DNA of 64,000 bases from Octopus sinensis (lineage: Eukaryota). Each line of letters starts with the position of its first letter. Position 1 is the first letter of the stretch. This document shows, one piece after another, positions 49,092 through 59,170 of the stretch. The DNA is taken from positions 62,186,001 through 62,250,000 of the forward strand of contig NC_043010.1 in assembly GCF_006345805.1 (NCBI RefSeq), in the 5' to 3' direction. A model generated the notes under the pieces. It was not told the DNA's origin. It saw only the letters and a program-made list of their open reading frames with translations, and made no database searches. The translations under genes were made by a program, and so were the position numbers.

Positions 49092-49824
49092 TACTTAATA
49101 AGGTGGAAGGTGTGTATGGGGGAGGGGGTCTGATTAATGAGTTCTTGGTATTGAGGAAGGGGTGGGGGACGTCTGATAATCTACTAGATTAGAAGGTCCT
49201 TGGTCGAGAGAAATGTTGATGGAGTGGACAAGAGGGTGATTTCATTCAGTGTGGCAGAAAAGAAAGAACAAAAAGACATTAAAAAGACAGACGATAATTA
49301 CGATGAGGATGATGGTGATGATGATGATGAAGCCGATGAAAATGATGAAGCTGATGAAGACAATGATGCTGATGATGATAGTGATAAATTACCTAACCTA
49401 AATGAGACACACATATTGAATAAAAAAAAAAATCCCATTATATTTATTTGATATTTTTTCCTCTTTTCTTTTGTTTTTATTGTCTAATATTTTATAGAAC
49501 TTTAGAAGAGGAAGAAGAGACAATTATAGAAACTTCTGTGTGAGAGATTTAGCTATGATGATGATGATGATGATGATGGTGAGTGAAGTTGAGTGAAGTC
49601 GAGTGGAGCGCCAAGCTAAATCTGAAAGGTTAGTTTTTATTTTTGCTGTTTTATATATGAATACTACATAAATGGTAACATCAATCCTGCCATTGGGATA
49701 AAACTTGGAAAATTTTTGAAAAAAACAAACAAAATTTCCAAACTTTCAGAAACAATCTTAATTGCATGGAAATGAAGTGAGATTTCATTTTAGAAAGAGT
49801 TACACACATATGCATACATACACC

Positions 49825-49878
<54 letters not shown>

Positions 49879-50438
49879 ATATATATATAATATATATATT
49901 TATATATATATTCATTCTCACACAGAGACATATATACATTTACATAAATCTACATACACACACACACACACACACCAATGCACATATATATAATATATAT
50001 ATATTTGTATAATATCATCATCATCATCATTTAACGTCCGCTTTCCATGCTGCCATGGGTTGGACGGTTTGACAGGAGCTGGCTATATACATATATATAT
50101 ATATCCATATACATAGAGATATATAATATGTATACATGTGCATATGTATATATATATATATCCACACACACACACATACGCATATATAGACAGTATATAT
50201 ACACATGCATGTTTACACACACACACACCTATAGACAGTATATACACACAGACATACACATACCCATATGCATATATATATATATATACATATGTATGCA
50301 TGTTCACACACACATACATACAATGAGTTTACCATTAAATAGTGAACATGTGGCTATGTTACATACTAAACAGCCCCCATGTGGCCATGTGCAACATACT
50401 ATACAGCCTACATGTGGCTATGTTACATGAAATACATC

Positions 50439-53400
50439 CTATAGCTGCCACAGATAATCACTCATCGGTGGAAACTCTTCGATTGTCTTGTTACCAGAAT
50501 TGGCTGCTGACTTTTGTTCTCCAAAATGCATCTTTTTCCCTCCAATATGATGCCCATTGTGCAGTTTCTTGTGCCGTTTCAAGGTGTCCCTTCGAGCGAA
50601 TTGTTTTGTACACAACTCACATGTATAAGGTTTCTCCCCCGTGTGAGTTCTTCGATGCAACTGTAAGTAATGTCGTTGTGCAAACGGCTTGAAACAAATG
50701 TCACACTCGAACGGTTTCTCCCCCGTGTGGGTCCGGTGGTGCAGCCTCAACGAGTTTCTCTGAGCGAACTGCTTCAGACAAATGTCACACTGAAAGGGCT
50801 TCTCCCCCGTGTGGGTCCTGCGATGCACTTGAAGATAGTGGTTCTGAGCAAACGGCTTCAGGCAAACATCGCAGTGGTAGCGTTTTTTAGGCATGTGTGT
50901 GCGTTTGTGGATTTGGAGCTTGTATCTCTGAGCGAATTTCTTCAGACAAATTTCACAGTGGTATGGCTTTTCACCCGTGTGAGTCCTGCGGTGGATCTGC
51001 AGCGTGGTCTTGCGGGCAAATTTTTGGATACAGAAATCACACTGGAACGGTTTCTCTCCCGTGTGGGTTCGTTTATGAATCTGTAAATATTGTCTCTGAG
51101 CAAACTGTTTGAAGCACGTGTCGCACTGATAGGGTTTCTCCCCCGTGTGGGTCCGTCGATGAACCTGCAGCGAATTGCGTTGGGAGAATCGTTTGCCGCA
51201 AGCTTCACACTCAAATGGTTTCTCTCCAGTATGAGTCCTTCGGTGAATGTGCAAATAGTGACTCTGAGCAAACTGTTTGAGACAGATCTCGCAATGGTGC
51301 CGTTTCTTTGGGCTGTGCGTCCTCATATGAATCTGAAGCTTGTACTTTTGAGCAAAATCTTTCGAACAGACTTCACATTGGTACGGACGTTCTCCAGTAT
51401 GTGTTCGTCGATGGATTTGTAGTGTGGTTTTCCGTGCAAACTTTTGAATACAGAAATCGCATTGAAATGGTTTCTCCCCCGTGTGAGTTCGCTTGTGAAT
51501 TTCCAGGTAATGTTTCTGAGCAAAAGGTTTAAAACAAACATCGCACTGCAGTAGCTTCTCCCCTGTGTGAATTCTCCGATGGATCTGCAGGTAATAGCGC
51601 TGAGCAAACTGCTTAAGACAGAATTCACATTGGTATTTTTTTTTCAAGACGTGTGACTTCTTGTGGGCTCGTAGTTTATCACTTTGAGCAAACAGTCGAA
51701 GACAGATCTCACACTGGTAGGGTTTCTCCCCAGTATGAGTTCTTCGGTGGATCTGTAACGTGTCCCTGCGAGAAAACTTCTGAATACAAAAGTCACACTG
51801 GTATGGTTTTTCCCCAGTGTGGGTCCTCCGATGGATCTGTAGGTAATAACGTTGGGCAAACTGTTTCAAACAAATATCACATTGGTAGGTCTTGTCGTCA
51901 GGTCTTGAACTCCTCGGAGCTCTCGGTTTTGGCGTTTTCGGTATAGATGGTAGATAGTTCAAGGTTCCAGCGGGAGGGACTGGTGGAGAGCTAACATAAG
52001 GGACGGTACCTGCCATAGAGGACTGGTTGGGGGAGAGGGAGCTAGACATTGTTGACATGCTGTGTGACATCATCGTCGGTCCGTGATCAGAGTTGTTCAG
52101 TGAGATGTTATCGCTGGTTCCAGTGGAGTCGACGCTCGGATTCGACTCCATGTGGTTCTTCCGGTGTCGCTGCATGGTATCTCTGCGCGAAAATTGCTTG
52201 AAACAAATGTCACAGTGGAAAGCTTTACCTCCGACATGAGTCAGACGATGCGCTTGCATCATGTCCTCATCGGGAAATTTCTTACCACAGTAATCACAAA
52301 ACAGCTGCTTCTCCTTCATTTTCTCCTTTCGATGATAGTGTGGTTGTTGTTGTTGTTGTTGCTGTGGCTGCTGCTGCTGCTGTTGTTGTTGTTGTTGTGG
52401 CTGTTGTTGCTGCTGACTGGTTGATGTGGGTAACGACTTGCCGATACTGTACTGTTTGTGGCCGATGTCATTTTGATATGAAAGAGACTTCTCATGATTG
52501 TTGTTGCTGCTGTACGATTTCTCAGCAGATACTTGTTGTTGTTGCTGCTGCTGCTGTTGTTGCTGTTGTTGTTGTTGCTGCTGCTGCTGTTGTTGCTGTT
52601 GTTGTTGCTTGGAAGTTATACCTGAGCTTATAACAGGTGCGGTTGGGGACAATATCCGATCAGGTGTGGAAGCCGAAGTGGGCGTGGTGGCAGTAGGTGG
52701 TGTGGAGACAGGCAGGTAACACGGCTGGGAGTACTGACTCGTGTAGATGTTGTTGGGGAACATGGTCTCGGAGAGGTGAGACATCTGTTGGTGGGGTGGG
52801 GACACCATGGAACTGTGCATGTGGGTCGGGTTGAACTGCGATTTGCCCGTCGGACTGCTACTGCTGCCACCACTGACCCCAGTTTTGTCCGAAGACAACA
52901 GCGACATCCGGTCGGATTGGATGCCCGTGTGAGACTGGGAGTACTTACTGGTCAAGTCCTCACGGTGTCCTGAGCTGGACTTTTCACTGACGTGTGGCAG
53001 CCGGTGGCCAGCTGATATGTCTGGCGAATGGACGTACGGTTTACTGCTGATCTCACTGCCAGGGTTCAATTTCTCAAGGATGTCGGACATTCTTTGAGAA
53101 TGCATGCTCTGGGAGTGCGAATATTGTTTGCCAGACATCTCACTGTGGCTCGACTTCTCCGCTATACGGGACATCCGCTGCTGCTGTTGCTGCTGCTGAT
53201 GATGATGTAGGCTGTGCGAATGAGAATATTGTTTACCAGATAATTGGGAATGGCTGGACTTTTCAGGCAAATGGGACAGAGAGTGTTGTTGTTGTTGCTG
53301 TTGTTGTTGTTGCAATTGTAGGCTGTGGGAATACTGCTTGCCGGAGATCTCCGCGTGGTGCATTGATTTCTCCACAAGGTGTGACATCCTGATCTGGGTT

Positions 53401-53834
53401 GGCGTCAGAGAGGGAGGAGGTGGAGGAGGAGGAAGGGGAGGCTGCTGTTGTTGTTGCAAGCTATTATGGCTGTGAGGGGAGAAGTGCTTGTTAACAATGT
53501 CGCTGTGTGTGGGGGATTTGTCAACGATCGATGCCATGGACACTTGCTGCTGTTGCTGTTGTTGATGATGATGCTGGAGGTGAGAGAAGTGTTTACCCGA
53601 CAGGGCCTCCGAATGGGCTGGAATGAGAGTCATGTGGGGCATAGGCATGGTAACAGGGAACAAAGCCGTTTGGTAAGCGGCGTGTCGGTGAGGAGCGAAC
53701 TGCTTCACGGCTATTTCGCTGTTGCCGTGCTTTTTGTTCATATGAGACATTCTAGCCTGCTGTAGGTGTCGGTGAGAGAATTGTTTGCCAGACATATCGG
53801 AATGGCTGCTTTTGTCACTGCTGTATCTCTCCAT
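50439..53834 (-). CDS. Multi-C2H2 zinc-finger transcription factor, ~1131 aa (ZNF-2 here)
   Basis: The ORF has 2+16 C2H2 fingers and polyQ tracts. The track's start at 53855 is a GTG overlapping a splice acceptor; the first ATG (53834) lies in the context TTCCACCATGG. Confidence 0.95.
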   Translation of the reverse strand: MERYSSDKSSHSDMSGKQFSHRHLQQARMSHMNKKHGNSEIAVKQFAPHRHAAYQTALFPVTMPMPHMTLIPAHSEALSGKHFSHLQHHHQQQQQQQVSMASIVDKSPTHSDIVNKHFSPHSHNSLQQQQQPPLPPPPPPPSLTPTQIRMSHLVEKSMHHAEISGKQYSHSLQLQQQQQQQQQHSLSHLPEKSSHSQLSGKQYSHSHSLHHHQQQQQQQRMSRIAEKSSHSEMSGKQYSHSQSMHSQRMSDILEKLNPGSEISSKPYVHSPDISAGHRLPHVSEKSSSGHREDLTSKYSQSHTGIQSDRMSLLSSDKTGVSGGSSSSPTGKSQFNPTHMHSSMVSPPHQQMSHLSETMFPNNIYTSQYSQPCYLPVSTPPTATTPTSASTPDRILSPTAPVISSGITSKQQQQQQQQQQQQQQQQQQQQQQQQQVSAEKSYSSNNNHEKSLSYQNDIGHKQYSIGKSLPTSTSQQQQQPQQQQQQQQQQPQQQQQQQPHYHRKEKMKEKQLFCDYCGKKFPDEDMMQAHRLTHVGGKAFHCDICFKQFSRRDTMQRHRKNHMESNPSVDSTGTSDNISLNNSDHGPTMMSHSMSTMSSSLSPNQSSMAGTVPYVSSPPVPPAGTLNYLPSIPKTPKPRAPRSSRPDDKTYQCDICLKQFAQRYYLQIHRRTHTGEKPYQCDFCIQKFSRRDTLQIHRRTHTGEKPYQCEICLRLFAQSDKLRAHKKSHVLKKKYQCEFCLKQFAQRYYLQIHRRIHTGEKLLQCDVCFKPFAQKHYLEIHKRTHTGEKPFQCDFCIQKFARKTTLQIHRRTHTGERPYQCEVCSKDFAQKYKLQIHMRTHSPKKRHHCEICLKQFAQSHYLHIHRRTHTGEKPFECEACGKRFSQRNSLQVHRRTHTGEKPYQCDTCFKQFAQRQYLQIHKRTHTGEKPFQCDFCIQKFARKTTLQIHRRTHTGEKPYHCEICLKKFAQRYKLQIHKRTHMPKKRYHCDVCLKPFAQNHYLQVHRRTHTGEKPFQCDICLKQFAQRNSLRLHHRTHTGEKPFECDICFKPFAQRHYLQLHRRTHTGEKPYTCELCTKQFARRDTLKRHKKLHNGHHIGGKKMHFGEQKSAANSGNKTIEEFPPMSDYLWQL
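52533..52607 (-). repeat. Coding polyglutamine tract (25 Q, mixed CAA/CAG) in ZNF-2
   Basis: 75 nt of CAA/CAG codons between K and V. Confidence 0.95.
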
Positions 53835-53854
53835 GGTGGAACGACAGCTGTACA

Positions 53855-53890
53855 CTGCTGTGAATAGAGAAAAGAGGAAGAAGAGTTTCA
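53855..53890 (-). promoter_or_regulatory. 3' splice acceptor (tandem NAGNAG) upstream of the ZNF-2 ATG
   Basis: Minus strand reads ctcttcttcctcttttctctattcaCAGCAG: a polypyrimidine tract followed by two AGs, about 20 nt before the ATG. Confidence 0.75.
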
Positions 53891-53979
53891 GAAAAGATTC
53901 TTAACCAAATATGAAACATTCATCGGGAGAAAAGAACAATAATTAATAACAATAATAAAGAGAAGAAATTAAAAGAAAA

Positions 53980-54130
53980 TTAACCCCCATTCGTTATCAT
54001 TAAGCTAGTGTTAGGAACATAAATTGTGACTAAGGTTTGGTGGAAGATTTTAATTCAAAACTTAAGAAAACAGGACATTTGTACTCAGAGCCAGAGCTGG
54101 TTTCAGCCAGGTTGTTAACGAAAGGGTTAA
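53980..54130. mobile_element. Internally deleted family G MITE, ~120 bp upstream of the ZNF-2 acceptor
   Basis: TTAACCC...AAAGGGTTAA termini with the family G body. Confidence 0.8.
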
Positions 54131-54299
54131 TATGACTGCAGGACATATGTGCACTAAAACTAATACATGATACCTTGGGTAAATGTCTCCTACAACCATG
54201 AGTGGATCTGGCATATGGAAACTGAAAGAAGCCTGTCATCATTATCATCATCCATCATTTTGAACCTGGGTTTTGTCCCCGTTAATGGAGGTGGCTGGA

Positions 54300-54570
54300 T
54301 CTGCCTCAGTGCCATAGCAACTGTCCTCACACCATCTCACCCGGTTTTGGGCATCCTCCCTTCTCAAGCGAACCCTCCACATTTTCCTCGGTCTACCTTG
54401 CTTCGCTGTCCATTTACCTCAAACTCTAGCACCCTCTTCAACACATGCTCCTCATCCCTCCTCAACACATGCCTAGACCACTGCACTCCATTTGCCCTTG
54501 CCAGCCGTTCCACTGATTCCCCAAACCTCAGCATCCCCATCAAGTCCTCAGTCCTCTTGCCAGGGCCACT
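54300..54570 (-). mobile_element. Second RTE-type LINE subfamily, C-terminal fragment
   Basis: ESVERLARANGVQWSRHVLRRDEEHVLKRVLEFEVNG. Confidence 0.65.
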
Positions 54571-54784
54571 GACTGGCTCCCATGCCAGTTGCACGTCAAA
54601 AGCACCATTCGAGCGTGATCGTTACCAGCATCGCCTTACCGGTGGCATGTGAGAAACATTTGAGCGAGGTCATTGCCAGTGCCACAAGGCTGGCTCCTCT
54701 GCAGGTGGCATGTAAAAAAACACCATTCGAGCGTGGCCGTTACCAGTACCGCCTGACTGGCCCTCATGCTGGTGGCATGTAAAA

Positions 54785-55050
54785 ACACCGGTTGTCAAGC
54801 GATGGTGGAGAGACGAATACAGGAACACACACACATTATTTTTATATATATATATATATATAAAGAATAAAAGAGAGTAAAGGGTATGCGATGGGCTTCT
54901 TTCAGTTTCCGTCTACCAAATCCACTCACAGGGCTTTGGTCGGCCCGAGGCTATAGTAGAAGACACTTGCCCAAGGTGCCATGCAATGGGACTGAACCTG
55001 GAGCCATGTGGTTGGTAAGCAAGCTACTTACCACACACCCACTCCTGCAC
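54785..55050 (-). mobile_element. Family A SINE, 5' portion
   Basis: Sequence similarity to the other copies. Confidence 0.8.
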
Positions 55051-55180
55051 CTATGTTTATATTTATATATATATATAGATGTTTTCGATCTAATTTGGAT
55101 TCTTTGCCATCAGATTTGATTGCAAAGAATTCAAATTTGATGGCAAAGAATCCAAACTAGATTGGAAACATCTACATATA

Positions 55181-55385
55181 CAGGGTTAGCCAAAAGTTGC
55201 CTGACACTAAATCAAAACCAATTCCAAGATTAAAACAAAAAAAAATTATTTTATATGAGACTTCAATAATAAATAGACAAATGTTGAAAAAAAAAATGGT
55301 GATTTTAACTCACAGCATTCATAAATGGAATGAGTAAATAAAATTGAATTTTGATTTACTGTTGGGTGACTTTTGGCCAACGCTG
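55181..55385. mobile_element. Tc1/mariner-type MITE with TA TSD
   Basis: Imperfect inverted termini CAGGGTTAGCCAAAAGTTGCCTGAC / GTTGGGTGACTTTTGGCCAACGCTG, flanked by TA. Confidence 0.7.
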
Positions 55386-56159
55386 TATATATAATTTATG
55401 GAAGAGGGAAACCCAGAAACATATGGAACAAAGTATTAAGAGCTGATCTGAAGATGCTGAAGAGGAAGAACCAAGACACCTGGCATTTTGCTGTGCTTGA
55501 GAAGACCCAACAACTACAACAGAATTGATATCCTGCAACCACCTTGGTAAATACTGGTACTTGCTGGGTTCTACCCCCACACCTCATTCCCCAACACTCA
55601 TCACTCCTTTATCTCTAATATCATTCAGCCACTACAATCACCTGAGAGCAGAACAGGCATGCACTATACCCCCAGACCCCTTTCGTTACCTTCCTCCAGC
55701 CAACCTCTCTCTGCCCTCTACTATACATCCTTAATACCTCTTTAATCTCCTACCAACCCCCTCGCTCTCCACCCGAGTCACTCCTGTCTCTCACCTTCAG
55801 TTACTACAATCGGTTTTATCCCATCTCACCAACTCTCTTCACATTCTTATGAAATTCCCCACGCCCACCCCTACTCACCCAGTGCAATACCCTGTATCAC
55901 TTCATCTATATTTACCCCAACTGTACCTTTGAGGGTGTCTTCACATATACCCACCACCATCGCTGTCTTCCTCCCTCTCTCTTTTTTTCTTCCCAATTGG
56001 GGTATCCTCACATCTCGTCTACACCAAGACACTCATCTCCATTCCACTGTTATTCTTTTAACCTATTCATCAACTGGCACAAAGTCACCCCACCCCCCAA
56101 TCCATGCCAGCATAGAAAACAAATGTTAAATGATGATGGTGATGTGATCATCATCATCA

Positions 56160-56640
56160 CTTTAATGTCTATTTTACCAAGCTCACATGGGTCTTACTGG
56201 GGCAGGTTCCCTACGGCTGGATGCCCTTCCTGTCACCAAGCAAGGTAATATTTCTCCGTGGCCAGACATGCTCTCACAAAGCATTGGCAACAGATGTTGC
56301 TGCTTGAATGGTGATATTTGTTTACACAATATCAAGACAAGTAGAGAGAGAGAGAGAGAGAGAGGCACACACACACACACACACACACACACTGTTGTAA
56401 GTTAATATCTGCTCATGTAGATGAGAAAGATTAATTAAAAGGTGAAAACAGAGGGAGAAATTATCAAATATCGTAGGTGCAGGTGTGGGTGGGTGGTCAA
56501 CCACATGCAAACCTCATGGTTTGGGGTACAGTTCCAGTGTGTGGCACACTGCCCTGGGCAAGTGTCTTCTACTATAGCCCTGGGCCAAACAATGCCATGT
56601 GAGAGTGTTTGGTAAACGGAAATTGTAGGAACCGAATGTG
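56160..56640 (-). mobile_element. A-head/RTE-tail SINE variant
   Basis: Family A-like head, (TG)n, then a GGAAGGGCATCCAGCCGTAG module. Similar sequence at 48330-48580 and 60120-60410. Confidence 0.65.
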
Positions 56641-57549
56641 TGTGTGTGTGTGTGTGTGTGCATGCATGTGCATGTGTGTGACCCCAGTAGCTGTTTGGGC
56701 CCAGATCGAATCTGATCCAGTAACACCTATGATAAAAAACTGTGACCACCCCTTCATTTTAAAGGCATGCTTAGGGTTCCACTAATGTACTCTTTTGTCA
56801 TTGAAGATAGTAGGAATTGTTTTGAGGAATATTCGACTGCTACTTCTAGCAGGAGGAGTTACTTTGCAAAGGCCTCCTTCATTGGCTCAATGAAGTTCCA
56901 GTCTCCAGTTATCCAATATATGCCTTCACCATTACTACACACAGGATACAAACACACATCTAGGACTTAGGACTTAGCCAGAGATCAAAGGGCATGCATT
57001 GTCCAAGTTCTCCAAAAGTTCTCAAAATCCAAGGTGTGTTTGAGGCAACAGGGCAAGACTACAACCTAAAGTCCAGAATGCCACCCCAACCCACAAGGAG
57101 TTAACCATAGGGAGAGGAGTCAGGTATCACCTTCACCACCTTTGTCAGTCTGTTTGTCCATGCTGGAATGGGTTGAAGGGGTCTTGTCGCTCCTCAAAGT
57201 TTGTAACATCTGACACACACAGCAAAAGACAAACTGGTTAACTTTGTGATTGTGGCTGCCTCACAGCCATACACTGCACGTATTTTATTGCTCCTCAACC
57301 AATAATAGAGAGGTTGTCCTATACATGAAGAACGATCCTTTCTACTCTAGGCACAAGGCCTGAAATTTGGGATTGGGGGATAGTCCATTATGTCAGCCCC
57401 AATTTATCAACTCCAAATGGAAGAAAGGCAAAGTCAACCTCAGCAGAATTTGAACTCAGAACATAGCAGCAGACGAAAAACTGCTAAGCATTTTGCCTGG
57501 CCTTCTAACGATTCTGCTAGATAGCTGCCTTACATACAAAAAGGATAAT

Positions 57550-57819
57550 TAGAAAATTACTATTTTTAAATCTCACAATGTGAGATATTCAGCAACAGTA
57601 CTTTGGAGTAAAGATTGTTTGCCAACATAATATGGCAGCCCTTGTTTAAGATAAATAATTTAGCCCTGGGAGACATTGTCTCCAGATGGCTATTAGACAC
57701 GAAAATATGACACAGATCGTGTCGTATAGGCAGTTAGAGACGATGTCTCCTGGGTCTAAATTACAGCAACATTAGTCCTAAACCAGGACTGCCATATTAT
57801 GTTGGCAAACAATTTTTAC
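57550..57819. mobile_element. Family I fold-back element, copy 2, with a 15-bp target duplication (1 mismatch)
   Basis: TACAAAAAGGATAAT at 57535-57549 versus TACAAAAAGAATAAT at 57820-57834. Confidence 0.8.
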
Positions 57820-58682
57820 TACAAAAAGAATAATCTCTAACTGTGGAATTATTGTTTTCTTACATGGTGAGTTGACAATGCAACGTGTGGCGTTCATGCC
57901 TCACCTGGCCATTCCATTTTTTGACAAGGTTCTTTCAGTTGAATGCCCTTCCTATCATAAACCCCATTACAGAAAGAACTGTGTACATTTTATCAAGGCG
58001 CCGGCACTTAGCATACTCATATATTGTTAAATCCCATTGCACAGCATTCTGGTGACTTTAGGCTGACCAGTGCCTTGTGTGAGAAAATTGGTCAACGGAA
58101 ATTGTGTGCAAGTCCATTCGTTCAGATTCTGTTCTTGAGAAGTGGTTTCTATCCACTGCCCAGTTTAACACCTGGATCACCAGGCTCCTGGCAAATATGA
58201 AAGCCAAGATTCCTGTCTGTGAATAAATTCTTTTCCATCAGTTACAGGGACAACTCCTTGTCCCCATGGAATTTCACTGAAAGTAAATTAAAAGAATCAC
58301 AGTTGGTGTTGACGATATTTGTTTTAATACGTACCTTGTAAATTGAGTTGTTAGGCAGTACACAATAATTGTGAGAGCAATTGGACCATCGAGGGATGTG
58401 AGTAGGGGGGCAGAGGGACTTTAGGGAACTGCCCTAAAAATAGAAAGAAACAGAAAACAAACATTAAATGAGCAGTAAACTTTTCCCAACGAAATAGTTT
58501 AAAAAACAAATGGTGGACAACAAAGACTTGGTAAAACGCTGGGAAAAATGAGATTCTCTCTTTAGTTATGTCCCTTTACATGTTGAACTTAACTCTGGCT
58601 TTCATTCCTACTGAAATCGATGAAAGTAGCACCTGTCATATACTGGGGAGATTTATTTCATGAGGGTCATGGCTGGCAGAAA

Positions 58683-59170
58683 CATCATCATTTAGCATCT
58701 GCTTCCCATGCTGGCATGGGTTGGACAGTTTGACGGGAACTGGTAAGGCAGAGAGCTGCATCAAGTTCCTGTCTAATCTGGCATCGACTCTATGGCCAGA
58801 TGCCTTTCCTAACACCAACCACGTCAAGAAGTGTAACGGGTGCTTTTTACGTGCCACGAGCACGGGTGCTTTACGTGCCACTAGCACGGGTGCCTTTATG
58901 TGCCACTGACAGAGGTGCGTTTTATGTGTCACCTGCACAGGAGCTTTTACGTGTCACTGGCATAGGTACTTTCATGTGTCAGCGGCACGTGTGCCACTGA
59001 CACGACACTGGCATAGTTCACAACTATGATTTCACATGGCTTGATGAGTCTTCTCGAACACAGCATACCACCAAAGATCTTGGTCATTTTGTCATCGCCT
59101 CCGTGAGGTCCAACATTCGAAGATCATGCTTCACCACCTTGTCCCATGTCTTCCTCTACCACAGGGTCCC
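58683..59170 (-). mobile_element. RTE 3' fragment plus family B tail, containing a ~25-bp tandem array
   Basis: The KTWDKVVKHDLR-type ORF end lies at 59100-59170; the array spans 58838-59005. Confidence 0.8.

Noticed and set aside
49200-49451. Acidic D/E-rich 83-aa ORF
   Set aside because: A cryptic (GAT)n repeat in the probable ZNF-2 3' region, with a non-ATG start and no domain.
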